This document shows, piece by piece, positions 15,637-23,881 of a DNA stretch of 35,727 bases. Each line of letters begins with the position of its first letter. Within the stretch, counting starts at the first letter, position 1. A program made the position numbers and the translations under genes. Source of the DNA: Elusimicrobiota bacterium (lineage in GTDB: Bacteria; Elusimicrobiota; Elusimicrobia; JACQJN01); assembly GCA_016205045.1 (NCBI GenBank), contig JACQJM010000102.1, forward strand, positions 1 to 35,727. The letters run 5' to 3'. The notes beneath the pieces were generated by a model. It saw only the letters and a program-made list of their open reading frames with translations. It was not told the origin of the DNA and made no database searches.

Positions 15637-17094
15637 ATGGGTTCAAAAACAAAAATTTCTCATCCCACTGGTAAATTAGGCGTGCTTCTGCCGGGCATGG
15701 GGGCGGTCACCAGCACCTTCATCGCTGGTGTTGAGCTCATCAAAAAAGAGCTGGGATTCCCCGTGGGCTCCCTCACCCAACTTCAAAGAATTCGTCTGGG
15801 GAAACGCTATGAAAATCGTAATCCCCTCATCCGTGAATTTGTTCCCCTAGCGAATCTCAAGGACCTCGTTTTTGGCGGCTGGGACATTTTTCCCGACTCC
15901 ATCTATGAGGCCGCACTTAAGGCCGGGGTGTTGACGGAAGCCCAGCTAAAACCGGTGCAGAAAGAGCTCTCAGCTCTGCATCCCTGGAAAGCGGTCTTTG
16001 ATTCCGCCTTTATCAAGAATATTCAAGGCTCACACATAAAAAAAGCCGCCAACAAAATGGCTTTGGCGGAACAGATCATGCAGGACATCCAATCCTTTAA
16101 GTCCAGCCGGGGACTCAATCGCTTGGTGATGGTGTGGTGCGGTTCTACAGAGGTTTCTCTGGAACCCACTCCCACCCATCAAACTTTAGAAGCTTTTGAA
16201 GCGGGGTTGAAAAACAATTCTCCCGATATTGCCCCTTCCATGATCTACGCCTATGCTGCCCTCAAGATGGGAATCCCTTATGCTAACGGAGCTCCCAATC
16301 TTTCAACCGACATTCCGGCCCTGATTGAGCTGGCAGAACAAACCGGGGCTCCCATTGCGGGCAAAGATTTTAAAACTGGGCAGACCCTGATGAAAACGGT
16401 AATTTCTCCAGCACTCAAAGCCAGGATGCTGGGGTTAGCCGGATGGTACTCCACCAATATTTTGGGCAACCGCGATGGGGAAGTTCTGGCAGACCCCGGC
16501 TCGTTCAAAACAAAGGAGAAGAGCAAGATGTCTGTGTTGGACTCCATCCTGGAGCCGAATCTTTACCCCAATCTCTATGGGCACTACACGCATAAGGTGC
16601 GCATTGATTACTATCCCCCCCGCGGGGATGCCAAAGAGGGGTGGGATAACATCGACATCAACGGCTGGCTCCAGATGCCCATGCAGATCAAGATCAATTT
16701 CCTCTGTCGAGACTCCATTTTGGCGGCACCTATCGTTTTGGACTTAGTGCTTTTCCTCGATCTGGCCCAACGCGCCTCTCTTAAGGGAATCCAGGAGTGG
16801 CTGTCCTTCTATTTCAAATCCCCCATGTGCCGCGCTGATCTTACCCCCATTCACGATTTATTTCTCCAGCATATAAAACTTCAAAATACCCTCCGGCTGC
16901 TCATGGGAGAAGAGGTGTTGGATTACTCCGGGTTGGATTACTACGACCCCGAAAAGGGCACTCCTTCTCCTGCTCAAGCCCCCCGCCCTGCCACCAACAA
17001 GGATTTGTCCCGGCAGAACCATAAAAAACGCCCGCTTCTCAGTACGCGGGCGCCTGCTGGCAGGCGCGCAGGGACCTTGTCCCCCTCCTCCTAA
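15637..17094 (+). CDS. ino1: myo-inositol-1-phosphate (inositol-3-phosphate) synthase, with a ~45-aa basic/Pro-rich C-terminal tail
   Basis: GVLLPGMGAVTSTFIAG, GGWDIFPDS, YANGAPNLS, GKDFKTGQTLMKTV, YSTNILGNRDG. These match the long bacterial/eukaryote-like MIPS family. Confidence 0.88.
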   Translation: MGSKTKISHPTGKLGVLLPGMGAVTSTFIAGVELIKKELGFPVGSLTQLQRIRLGKRYENRNPLIREFVPLANLKDLVFGGWDIFPDSIYEAALKAGVLTEAQLKPVQKELSALHPWKAVFDSAFIKNIQGSHIKKAANKMALAEQIMQDIQSFKSSRGLNRLVMVWCGSTEVSLEPTPTHQTLEAFEAGLKNNSPDIAPSMIYAYAALKMGIPYANGAPNLSTDIPALIELAEQTGAPIAGKDFKTGQTLMKTVISPALKARMLGLAGWYSTNILGNRDGEVLADPGSFKTKEKSKMSVLDSILEPNLYPNLYGHYTHKVRIDYYPPRGDAKEGWDNIDINGWLQMPMQIKINFLCRDSILAAPIVLDLVLFLDLAQRASLKGIQEWLSFYFKSPMCRADLTPIHDLFLQHIKLQNTLRLLMGEEVLDYSGLDYYDPEKGTPSPAQAPRPATNKDLSRQNHKKRPLLSTRAPAGRRAGTLSPSS

Positions 17095-17113
17095 ATTTAG
17101 TACAATAGGGAAA

Positions 17114-17205
17114 ATGAGGCTTTTCTCTGTTTTTTTTTAGCCTTTTTCCTCCTGGCGGGAGCCTTTACCCTAGCGTTTTCACAAACCAAGAAATCCTCTA
17201 CTTCC
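17114..17205 (+). other. bamA: probable true 5' end of bamA (signal peptide), out of frame because of a T9 homopolymer (17130-17138)
   Basis: ATG 17114 (preceded by AGGGA) reads MRLFSVFF-stop. One extra T would give MRLFSVFFLAFFLLAGAFTLAFSQTKKSSTSVSP..., in frame with the bamA ORF. The bamA frame is open from 17101 but has no ATG/GTG/TTG before 17206. Confidence 0.6.
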
Positions 17206-19599
17206 GTGTCACCCATAGCCACTTCCAGTTCAAGCCCTACTCATTTGCCGGGAATGGTCCCCACCAAAAATTCCTCGGACCCTCTGCCCTATTCAACCTC
17301 CACCACTAAAGCCCCGGCCCCCCAGGCTTCCTCGGCGACCAAGGAAGATCGCTGGGTGGTAGGGGATATCGTTATCCAGGGAAACAAAAATGTGAAAACC
17401 AATGTGATCCGCGGTCAAATCCGGGCCCGCAAAGGAGAATCTTATTCCCGAACGAACATCAACAGCGATGTTCAGGCCATTTTAGGATTAGGGGGCTTTG
17501 AGCGGGCCATTGTGGAGATAGAAACCATTCCAGGAGAAACGATTCCTTCGGAATTCCAAAACCTCACCGCATCCACTCAGCCTATCCGGATCAAATACCT
17601 GGTCACCGAAAAACCGGTCATTCGGAAAATTTCCTTCGTGGGCCAGAAGCAGGTTTACAAAAGCACGCTTCTGGACGCCATGACTTTGAAAACTAAAGAC
17701 CCCCTGGATGAGGCCAAGCTCAAAGAAGATGTCAACAAAATGCTGGACACTTATCATAATAAAGGATTTATCGATGCCAAGATCGAGTTCGAAATGATCC
17801 CTCCCGACAAATCCAACCAAGTAGAGGTCACGTTCAAAGTGGCGGAGGGGCCCAAGGCCAAGATCGCCGATGTGCGCCTCGAAGGTCTTTCCGCCTTCCC
17901 ACCCAAAAAGCTGATCAAGCAAATGACCAATCGTCCTAAAAAAGTGTACAAGCCCAAAGAGTGGGTGGCTGACCTGAAAAAAATAGAAAGATACTATAAA
18001 ACCCGCGGCTACACGGATTTCGAAATCTTAGAATCCACCCTCACCTACACTCCCGAGCGCACGCAAATTTTCATCACCTTCAAACTTCACGAGGGTGTCC
18101 AGGCCCTCTTTGGAAACACTTCCTTCTCGGGCAACACCGTTTACTCTTCCAAAGAGCTGGCCGAACAGCTCACTTATCGTCCCGGGAAAATTTTTGATCA
18201 AGAGAAATTTGAGGAATCTATCGCCATGATCCAGGAAAAATATGCGGAGAAGGGGTACCTCCGAGCCAGGGTCGCCCCCCTCAAGCAGCTCAATCCTCAA
18301 ACCCATTTCACCGATATCACTTTTCAAATATCAGAAGGGAATGTTATTTACGTGGATCACATCGATGTAGAAGGCAACCACGCCACCAAAACCTATGTGC
18401 TGCGGAGAGAAATCACCCAAAAAGAAGGGGGGCCTTTTAATTCCAAGAAAATCGCCAAGAGCCAGGAAAAATTATTCAACTTGGGATTTTTGGATGAGGT
18501 TCGCCCCGACATCCTCAACACCGCCGATCCCGACAAGGTGGACTTGGTATTTGATATCACGGAGGGTAAGCCGGGCATGTTGACGGCCGGCGCCGGATTT
18601 TCCTCGCTGGATGGCCTGGTGGGAACCCTCTCTCTTTCCCATCTCAATCTTTTGGGGCGGGGTTATCGAACCTCCGTTCAATGGCAGTTCGGTTCGCGCG
18701 TGCAGGATTACTCCGTTTCCTGGACTACTCCCTGGATTCACAACAGCCCTACCAGTTTGGGATTGGACTTATTTAATACTCGGCGGCTGCGTCCCTTTTC
18801 CACGGCTTCCACCGCTTTTACCGATAAGAGGACCGGGGGCCGCGTGCGCGTAGGTCCCCGCTTTCAAGATGACAAATATCAGCTCTCTGTTTCTTACGCT
18901 TTTCAGCGGGTCACGGTTGCTAATGTGGAGGACCAATTTCTCGCCTCTCTTCCGCCGGGCACCAGCGATTCTTCTTCTATCGGCATTGAGTTCGCCCGCG
19001 ACACCCGGGATTATGTGTGGGACCCCACTCGAGGATCCAAGCACGCGATCAGCTACGAACTTTCGGGAGGGCCCCTCTCGGGGGATATCCACTTTTTTCG
19101 TCCCGGCCTTTCCAACAACTTGAACTTTAAACTCTTTTCGATAGGAGATTATCCCTTCGTTTTGTCTTTCACTCATCGATTCGGTTTTGTGCAACAATTT
19201 GGCCGCACCGACTCTATCCCGGTATTTGAGAGATACTTCATGGGAGGACAAGACACCATCCGAGGCTATAACGCCACCGGCCAAATCGGTCCCTCTTTCG
19301 GAGGCAAGGTGTACGATGTGGTCAACGTGGAATATAAATTTCCTTTGGCACGAGAAAGGCGCCGCACCATCGTTCAAGGTGCTTTTTTCTTTGACATCGG
19401 AAACTCTTGGGATAATTTCCGATCCACCACATTGCAAATTGGATCCCGCGAGGACCAACTCAAAACGGGGGCGGGATTTGGAATTCGCTTTGTCACCCCG
19501 GCGTTTCCCATCCGTTTGGACTGGGGATATGGATTCAATCATAAATCAGGAGAGCAGCAAGCTCAAATCTACTTTACCCTGGGAAATATAGGATTCTAA
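17206..19599 (+). CDS. bamA: outer membrane protein assembly factor BamA (Omp85 family); the called start is probably artificial
   Basis: POTRA-like repeats (VVGDIVIQGNKNVKTNVIRGQI; IRKISFVGQKQVYKSTL; KIADVRLEGLSAFPPKKL; FGNTSFSGNTVYSSKEL; YVDHIDVEGNHATKTYVLRREI). C-terminal barrel with FERYFMGGQDTIRGY, ending ...IYFTLGNIGF. Confidence 0.9.
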   Translation: MSPIATSSSSPTHLPGMVPTKNSSDPLPYSTSTTKAPAPQASSATKEDRWVVGDIVIQGNKNVKTNVIRGQIRARKGESYSRTNINSDVQAILGLGGFERAIVEIETIPGETIPSEFQNLTASTQPIRIKYLVTEKPVIRKISFVGQKQVYKSTLLDAMTLKTKDPLDEAKLKEDVNKMLDTYHNKGFIDAKIEFEMIPPDKSNQVEVTFKVAEGPKAKIADVRLEGLSAFPPKKLIKQMTNRPKKVYKPKEWVADLKKIERYYKTRGYTDFEILESTLTYTPERTQIFITFKLHEGVQALFGNTSFSGNTVYSSKELAEQLTYRPGKIFDQEKFEESIAMIQEKYAEKGYLRARVAPLKQLNPQTHFTDITFQISEGNVIYVDHIDVEGNHATKTYVLRREITQKEGGPFNSKKIAKSQEKLFNLGFLDEVRPDILNTADPDKVDLVFDITEGKPGMLTAGAGFSSLDGLVGTLSLSHLNLLGRGYRTSVQWQFGSRVQDYSVSWTTPWIHNSPTSLGLDLFNTRRLRPFSTASTAFTDKRTGGRVRVGPRFQDDKYQLSVSYAFQRVTVANVEDQFLASLPPGTSDSSSIGIEFARDTRDYVWDPTRGSKHAISYELSGGPLSGDIHFFRPGLSNNLNFKLFSIGDYPFVLSFTHRFGFVQQFGRTDSIPVFERYFMGGQDTIRGYNATGQIGPSFGGKVYDVVNVEYKFPLARERRRTIVQGAFFFDIGNSWDNFRSTTLQIGSREDQLKTGAGFGIRFVTPAFPIRLDWGYGFNHKSGEQQAQIYFTLGNIGF

Positions 19600-20436
19600 A
19601 TGGAAAAGATCGAAGCCAGAAATCCAAAAATCGAAATTAAGAAGTTTCTGAAATTTCGTGCTTCGTGCTTCGTGCTTCCGGTTTTTGTGATTACGGTACT
19701 TCTCACTTTCTGCCCACAAAAACCGTCAGCCCTTGAGATTTCCCTGGAAGAAAACAAGGGAGAGCGCGGCGGCGTGGGATATGTGGACATTCAACGCGTA
19801 TTCAAGGTGCACCCTGAAACCCAGCGGGCCAAAGAAGAATTTGAAATGGAAATCCGCAAAAGGGAAGAGGGCCTGAATCAGAAGAAAGCAGAAATTTTGG
19901 GGATGCGGGCGGAGCTGGCCAGGTTGAAACAAGAAAGAGAGTTCGCCTCCAGGTTGCCCCTGCATATTCCGGAGGCTTCGCGGGGCCGACCCCAAGCCTC
20001 CTCGGCCCCCATCTCCACTCCCACACAAAACTCCGCCTCTCCAACAGTATCTCCTTCTACCCAAACTCTGCTCCAGCTTCCTGGGGTGGGAGGCGTCCCT
20101 GTGGTCTCAGTTTCCTCTGCGGGGCCCACGGCCGGCGTTACCGTGCCCGCCATTAATTTGGAGGACCTGGATTACAAGATCGCCCAAAAAACCGCGGACA
20201 TTAAAGCCAAAGAACAAGAGCTGAGGGCTTACCAAAAACAAGTTGAGAAAGATCTTCTGGATTTGGAAAACCGCAAAAGCCAAATTATTTTAGGGCGTAT
20301 CTACCAGGCGGTGAGGGAAGTCGCCCAGTCAGAAGGGGTGAGTATTGTGATTGATAAAAAATCCATCTTATACGGCCAGACCGGGGTGGATCTTACAGAA
20401 AAATTATTGAAAAAGTTGCAAAGACAGGGGTTGTGA
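19600..20436 (+). CDS. skp: OmpH/Skp-family periplasmic chaperone with a ~70-aa Pro/Ser-rich insertion
   Basis: GYVDIQRVFKVHPETQRAKEEFE and ILGRIYQAVREVAQSEGVSIVIDK. Coiled-coil-like K/E-rich arms. The ATG directly follows the bamA stop, giving the canonical bamA-skp-lpxD order. Confidence 0.75.
   Translation: MEKIEARNPKIEIKKFLKFRASCFVLPVFVITVLLTFCPQKPSALEISLEENKGERGGVGYVDIQRVFKVHPETQRAKEEFEMEIRKREEGLNQKKAEILGMRAELARLKQEREFASRLPLHIPEASRGRPQASSAPISTPTQNSASPTVSPSTQTLLQLPGVGGVPVVSVSSAGPTAGVTVPAINLEDLDYKIAQKTADIKAKEQELRAYQKQVEKDLLDLENRKSQIILGRIYQAVREVAQSEGVSIVIDKKSILYGQTGVDLTEKLLKKLQRQGL
19655..19678. repeat. perfect heptamer tandem repeat (TTCGTGC)x3 + TTC inside the skp signal-peptide region
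   Basis: Read directly: ttcgtgc ttcgtgc ttcgtgc ttc. It encodes FRASCFVL. Confidence 0.95.
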
Positions 20437-20451
20437 CCTGACAGATCCCTT

Positions 20452-21498
20452 ATGAAATTAACCTTAAAAGAAATCGCTTCTTGGGTGTCCGGAGAACTGA
20501 AAAGTTCAACGAATATAGTCATTCACGGTGTGGCGGGACTGGAATTGGCCACCTCCAAAGAACTCAGCTACCTGGGGAATGTTAAGTACATCGATCTTTT
20601 GAAAACGACTCAGGCGGGCTGCGTTCTTCTTCCCTTGGAATTTAAGTCCCGACCAGATTTGGGGTACTCTGGGCCGGTCATTTATGTCCCCAACACCCAG
20701 TGGGCCTTTGTTCAAATCCTGCGCGGAATAGAAAAGGAGTACAAACCCAAACACCCCAGAGGCACTCCTCATCCCACCGCTTTCATACATCCCACCGCAA
20801 AGTTAGGAAAACATTCTTCCGTGGGCGCGGGCTGCGTGGTGGAAGAAGGAGCCGAGATAGGGGATTTCAGCGTGTTGTACCCCCAGGCTTATGTCGGGCA
20901 CCACGCTAAAATAGGCAAGCACTGCCTGATCTATCCTCAAGTGGTGCTCCGAGAAAATTGCGAACTGGGAGATCGTGTGATCGTCCATGCCGGCACGGTG
21001 ATAGGCTCTGATGGTTATGGCTATCTCCTCCAGAATGGAAAACATGAAAAGATCCCTCAGATCGGCCGAGTGGTGATTGAAGAAGAGGTGGAGATCGGAG
21101 CCAATACGACCATTGACCGTGCCACCACGGGGGAAACACGCATCGGCGCCGGCACGAAAATAGATAATCTGGTCCAAATCGCTCACAACGTCAAGGTGGG
21201 AAAAAATTGCCTGATTATTTCTCAGGTGGGAGTGGCCGGGTCTTCTGAGTTGGGAGATTCTGTTGTTTTAGCGGGACAGGTAGGCGTCGCAGACCACGCG
21301 AAACTGGGAAATCGAGTGGTGGTCGGTGCTCAATCAGGAGCTATGGGGAACGTCCCGGATGGCGCGATTCTCTTTGGTTCTCCCGCCAGACCTCATCGTG
21401 AAGCGATGCGCCTCCATGCTCTTTTGGGAAAACTGCCAGAGATGTATGAAACACTAAAGAAGTTAACACAAGAGCGAAGAGCGAAGAGCGAAATATGA
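20452..21498 (+). CDS. lpxD: UDP-3-O-acylglucosamine N-acyltransferase
   Basis: N-terminal [12 protein letters not shown]...[23 protein letters not shown], a long left-handed beta-helix hexapeptide region, and position after skp. Confidence 0.92.
   Translation: MKLTLKEIASWVSGELKSSTNIVIHGVAGLELATSKELSYLGNVKYIDLLKTTQAGCVLLPLEFKSRPDLGYSGPVIYVPNTQWAFVQILRGIEKEYKPKHPRGTPHPTAFIHPTAKLGKHSSVGAGCVVEEGAEIGDFSVLYPQAYVGHHAKIGKHCLIYPQVVLRENCELGDRVIVHAGTVIGSDGYGYLLQNGKHEKIPQIGRVVIEEEVEIGANTTIDRATTGETRIGAGTKIDNLVQIAHNVKVGKNCLIISQVGVAGSSELGDSVVLAGQVGVADHAKLGNRVVVGAQSGAMGNVPDGAILFGSPARPHREAMRLHALLGKLPEMYETLKKLTQERRAKSEI
21471..21491. repeat. perfect heptamer tandem repeat (AGAGCGA)x3 at the lpxD 3' end / lpxC start
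   Basis: Read directly. It encodes the lpxD tail ERRAKSE and ends 3 nt before the lpxC ATG (21495). Confidence 0.95.
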
Positions 21499-22403
21499 AG
21501 AAACCCAATTTTCAAGCTTCGGGCTTTGGTCTTCGATCTTTTCAGACCACCATCGGAGAGGAAGTCTCCTTGGAAGGTGTGGGCTTGCATGGAGGAACCA
21601 AAGTTCGCCTCGCCTTCCGCCCTGCTCCCGCGAATGTCGGAATTCGGTTCTTACGTGTCGATCTTCCCGGGCAGCCCATGATCCCGGCCAATATTGATTT
21701 CATCTCCACAACTCTGCGAGGAACCACCCTGGAGCTGGGAGAGGTAAAAGTTCACACGGTGGAACATCTCCTCTCCGCGGCGGCTGGGTTGGGCATAGAC
21801 AACTTGGACATAGCGCTTGACGCCGGCGAGCCCCCGGCCATGGACGGATCGGCCTTGCCCTTTACGCAGGCGCTTCTCAAGGCTGGTTTAAGAGAATGGA
21901 AGGACCATCCCCGACGATACCTTCAGTTCATGGAGGAAGTGCGTTACGAGTCCGAAAACAGTCTGTACCGCATCTCGCCTGCTTCGCGTTTCGAAATTTG
22001 CGTCGTCTATCAAAACGCGCACCCGCTAGTAGGGTCCCAGCGTTTCGAGACGGTCCCTGACCCGGACCGCTACCTCTCTGAGGTGGCGGCGGCCCGAACG
22101 TTCTGCTTTGAGGAAGAGATTCCTTGGCTTCGAAATCAAGGTCTCGGACGGGGAGGCTCTCTGGACAACACGGTGGTGATCGGTAAAGACAAAATTCAGT
22201 GCCGTCCGCAGGGGCTGCGTTTTTCCAACGAATTTGTCCGCCATAAACTACTGGACTTGATGGGGGATTTAGCCCTGCTGGGAAGAGGGTTCCGCGCGGT
22301 TCGCCTCGAGGCGACTCGTCCGGGTCATAAGCACAATATCGCTTTCGCCAAAATGTTGGCCGCCGCCGCGCAAAAAGCACGTGCGGTGGCAGTGAAAAAC
22401 TGA
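21495..22403 (+). CDS. lpxC: UDP-3-O-acyl-N-acetylglucosamine deacetylase
   Basis: [81 protein letters not shown] overlap with lpxD. Confidence 0.92.
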   Translation: MKKPNFQASGFGLRSFQTTIGEEVSLEGVGLHGGTKVRLAFRPAPANVGIRFLRVDLPGQPMIPANIDFISTTLRGTTLELGEVKVHTVEHLLSAAAGLGIDNLDIALDAGEPPAMDGSALPFTQALLKAGLREWKDHPRRYLQFMEEVRYESENSLYRISPASRFEICVVYQNAHPLVGSQRFETVPDPDRYLSEVAAARTFCFEEEIPWLRNQGLGRGGSLDNTVVIGKDKIQCRPQGLRFSNEFVRHKLLDLMGDLALLGRGFRAVRLEATRPGHKHNIAFAKMLAAAAQKARAVAVKN

Positions 22404-22425
22404 CGACTTTCAGGAGGCCAAGAAG

Positions 22426-22878
22426 ATGGAAACACAAACATCCGTAAAGACATTGGAACTCGCCGATATCCAGGCCGTCATTCCTCATCGATATCCTTTT
22501 CTCTTGGTGGATAGAGTGGAAATTCTGCAGGAAGATAAAAAAGCGGTGGGGACTAAGTGTGTCACCGGCAATGAAGAGTTCTTTCAGGGACATTTTCCGG
22601 GACATCCCATCATGCCGGGAGTCCTCATCGTAGAGGCATTGGCCCAAACGGCCTGCGTATTGATGTTCGTCAAACCTGAATTCAAGGGAAAAATCGCTTA
22701 TTTTCTGGGTATTGAAGAAGCCAAATTTCGCCAGCCCGTGAAACCGGGCCAGGTGTTGAAGCTTCAGGTGGAGGTGCTGCGTATGGGTTCTCGCGCCGGG
22801 AAGGTGAAGGCCGAGGCTTACGTGCAGGACACGTTGGTCACGGAAGGAATCCTTTCCTTCGCCATCGTAGACAAATAA
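22426..22878 (+). CDS. fabZ: 3-hydroxyacyl-ACP dehydratase
   Basis: IPHRYPFLLVDRV, FFQGHFPGHPIMPGVLIVEALAQ. Confidence 0.95.
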   Translation: METQTSVKTLELADIQAVIPHRYPFLLVDRVEILQEDKKAVGTKCVTGNEEFFQGHFPGHPIMPGVLIVEALAQTACVLMFVKPEFKGKIAYFLGIEEAKFRQPVKPGQVLKLQVEVLRMGSRAGKVKAEAYVQDTLVTEGILSFAIVDK

Positions 22879-22881
22879 ATT

Positions 22882-22979
22882 AAGCGAACATGACACGAAT
22901 GACCACGCGAACAAACGCAAATAACTATGGAGATTTTTATTCGCATTCATTCGCATATAAATTCGCGCCCCATTCGCTT
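22882..22979. repeat. imperfect 43-nt-arm palindromic element with helically phased GCGAA / TTCGC motifs (fabZ-lpxA intergenic)
   Basis: Left arm 22882-22924, right arm 22937-22979, 12-nt spacer. 29 of 43 positions are complementary by hand count. TTCGC occurs at 22940, 22950, 22962 and 22973. GCGAA-like motifs occur at 22884, 22895, 22907 and 22917, so spacing is 10-12 nt. Confidence 0.7.
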
Positions 22980-22990
22980 GAGAGGTCTTT

Positions 22991-23800
22991 ATGACAAAGA
23001 TACACCCGACCGCGATCATTCATTCCTCCGCTCAGTTGGCAGAGGGAGTAGAGGTGGGTCCTTACACGCTGATCGGAGAGGACGTGGTGATCGGTCCGAA
23101 CACCTGGCTGGGCCCTCACTGTGTCGTCGAACACGCCCGCATCGGGCGCGACAATAAAATTCATGCCGGGGCCTGTCTGGGAACTCCTCCCCAAGATTTT
23201 AAATACAACGGAGAACCCACCCTGTTGATCTTGGGCGACAAAAACATTGTTCGAGAATACGTCACCCTCAACCGCGGCACCACCACCGGGAAAACAGTGA
23301 TCGGCAACGAGTGTATGTTCATGGCTTATTCCCACGTGGGACACGACTGCCGAGTGGGCAATGGGCTGGTGTTGGTCAATTCCGCCGCCTTGGCGGGCCA
23401 CGTGGAGGTGGGAGACAACACGATTATCGGAGGAATGGCGGGTATTCATCAATTCGCCCGCATCGGTTCTCTGGTGATGCTTGGGGCGGGAGCCATGGCG
23501 GGATTGGATATTCCTCCTTTCTGCACCGCTCAGGGAGATCGCGCTAAAATCGTAGGACTCAATCTCATTGGGATGCGCCGCGCCGGTATTGGGCGAGAAG
23601 GAGTCTCCTCCGTCAAAGAGGCCTTCAAGACCCTTTTTTCCTCAGGCTGGACCATGAAAGAAGCCGTTGAAAAATTAAAATCGGAACCCATGACAAGCCA
23701 AGTGGCTTTGATGGTGGATTTTATTGAAAAAACGAAACGCGGCATCACGGGACTGAGAAAGTCTGTGCCGGAAGAAGAGGAAGAGCCGGTATCTGTATAA
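22991..23800 (+). CDS. lpxA: acyl-ACP--UDP-N-acetylglucosamine O-acyltransferase
   Basis: IHPTAIIHSSAQLAEGVEVGPYTLIGEDVVIGPNTWLGPHCVV hexapeptide repeats, MAYSHVGHDCRVGN, and a C-terminal helical domain. Confidence 0.92.
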   Translation: MTKIHPTAIIHSSAQLAEGVEVGPYTLIGEDVVIGPNTWLGPHCVVEHARIGRDNKIHAGACLGTPPQDFKYNGEPTLLILGDKNIVREYVTLNRGTTTGKTVIGNECMFMAYSHVGHDCRVGNGLVLVNSAALAGHVEVGDNTIIGGMAGIHQFARIGSLVMLGAGAMAGLDIPPFCTAQGDRAKIVGLNLIGMRRAGIGREGVSSVKEAFKTLFSSGWTMKEAVEKLKSEPMTSQVALMVDFIEKTKRGITGLRKSVPEEEEEPVSV

Positions 23801-23858
23801 CAGGGGTTAGGGTTTGCCTGCCTGCCGCCTGCCCGCCGGAGAGGAGGGGCGAGGCAGG

Positions 23859-23874
23859 GGGGTTAGGGGTTAGG
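23859..23874. repeat. G-rich heptamer repeat (GGGGTTA)x2 + GG just upstream of lpxI; a related GGGGTTAGGG at 23803-23812
   Basis: Read directly. It is the reverse complement of the CCCTAAC-type unit seen at 13141 and 26443. The two copies flank a GC-rich imperfect hairpin (cctgcccgcc...ggcgaggcagg). Confidence 0.8.
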
Positions 23875-23881
23875 AGATACC

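Noticed and set aside
18769-19542. 257-aa minus-strand ORF inside bamA (also 17488-17922 and 18028-18327)
   Set aside because: These ORFs are antisense to the BamA barrel/POTRA coding region. They have no motifs, no start context and a biased composition, so I treat them as shadow ORFs.
21928-23019. 363-aa ORF on the minus strand spanning lpxC 3' end, fabZ and the spacer
   Set aside because: It is entirely antisense to strongly recognisable genes (lpxC, fabZ). The product is low-complexity and Arg/Pro/Ser-rich with no recognisable motifs. This is a typical shadow ORF.
22937-23452. 171-aa minus-strand ORF opposite lpxA
   Set aside because: Hexapeptide-repeat genes routinely generate long antisense frames, and lpxA on the plus strand is unambiguous.
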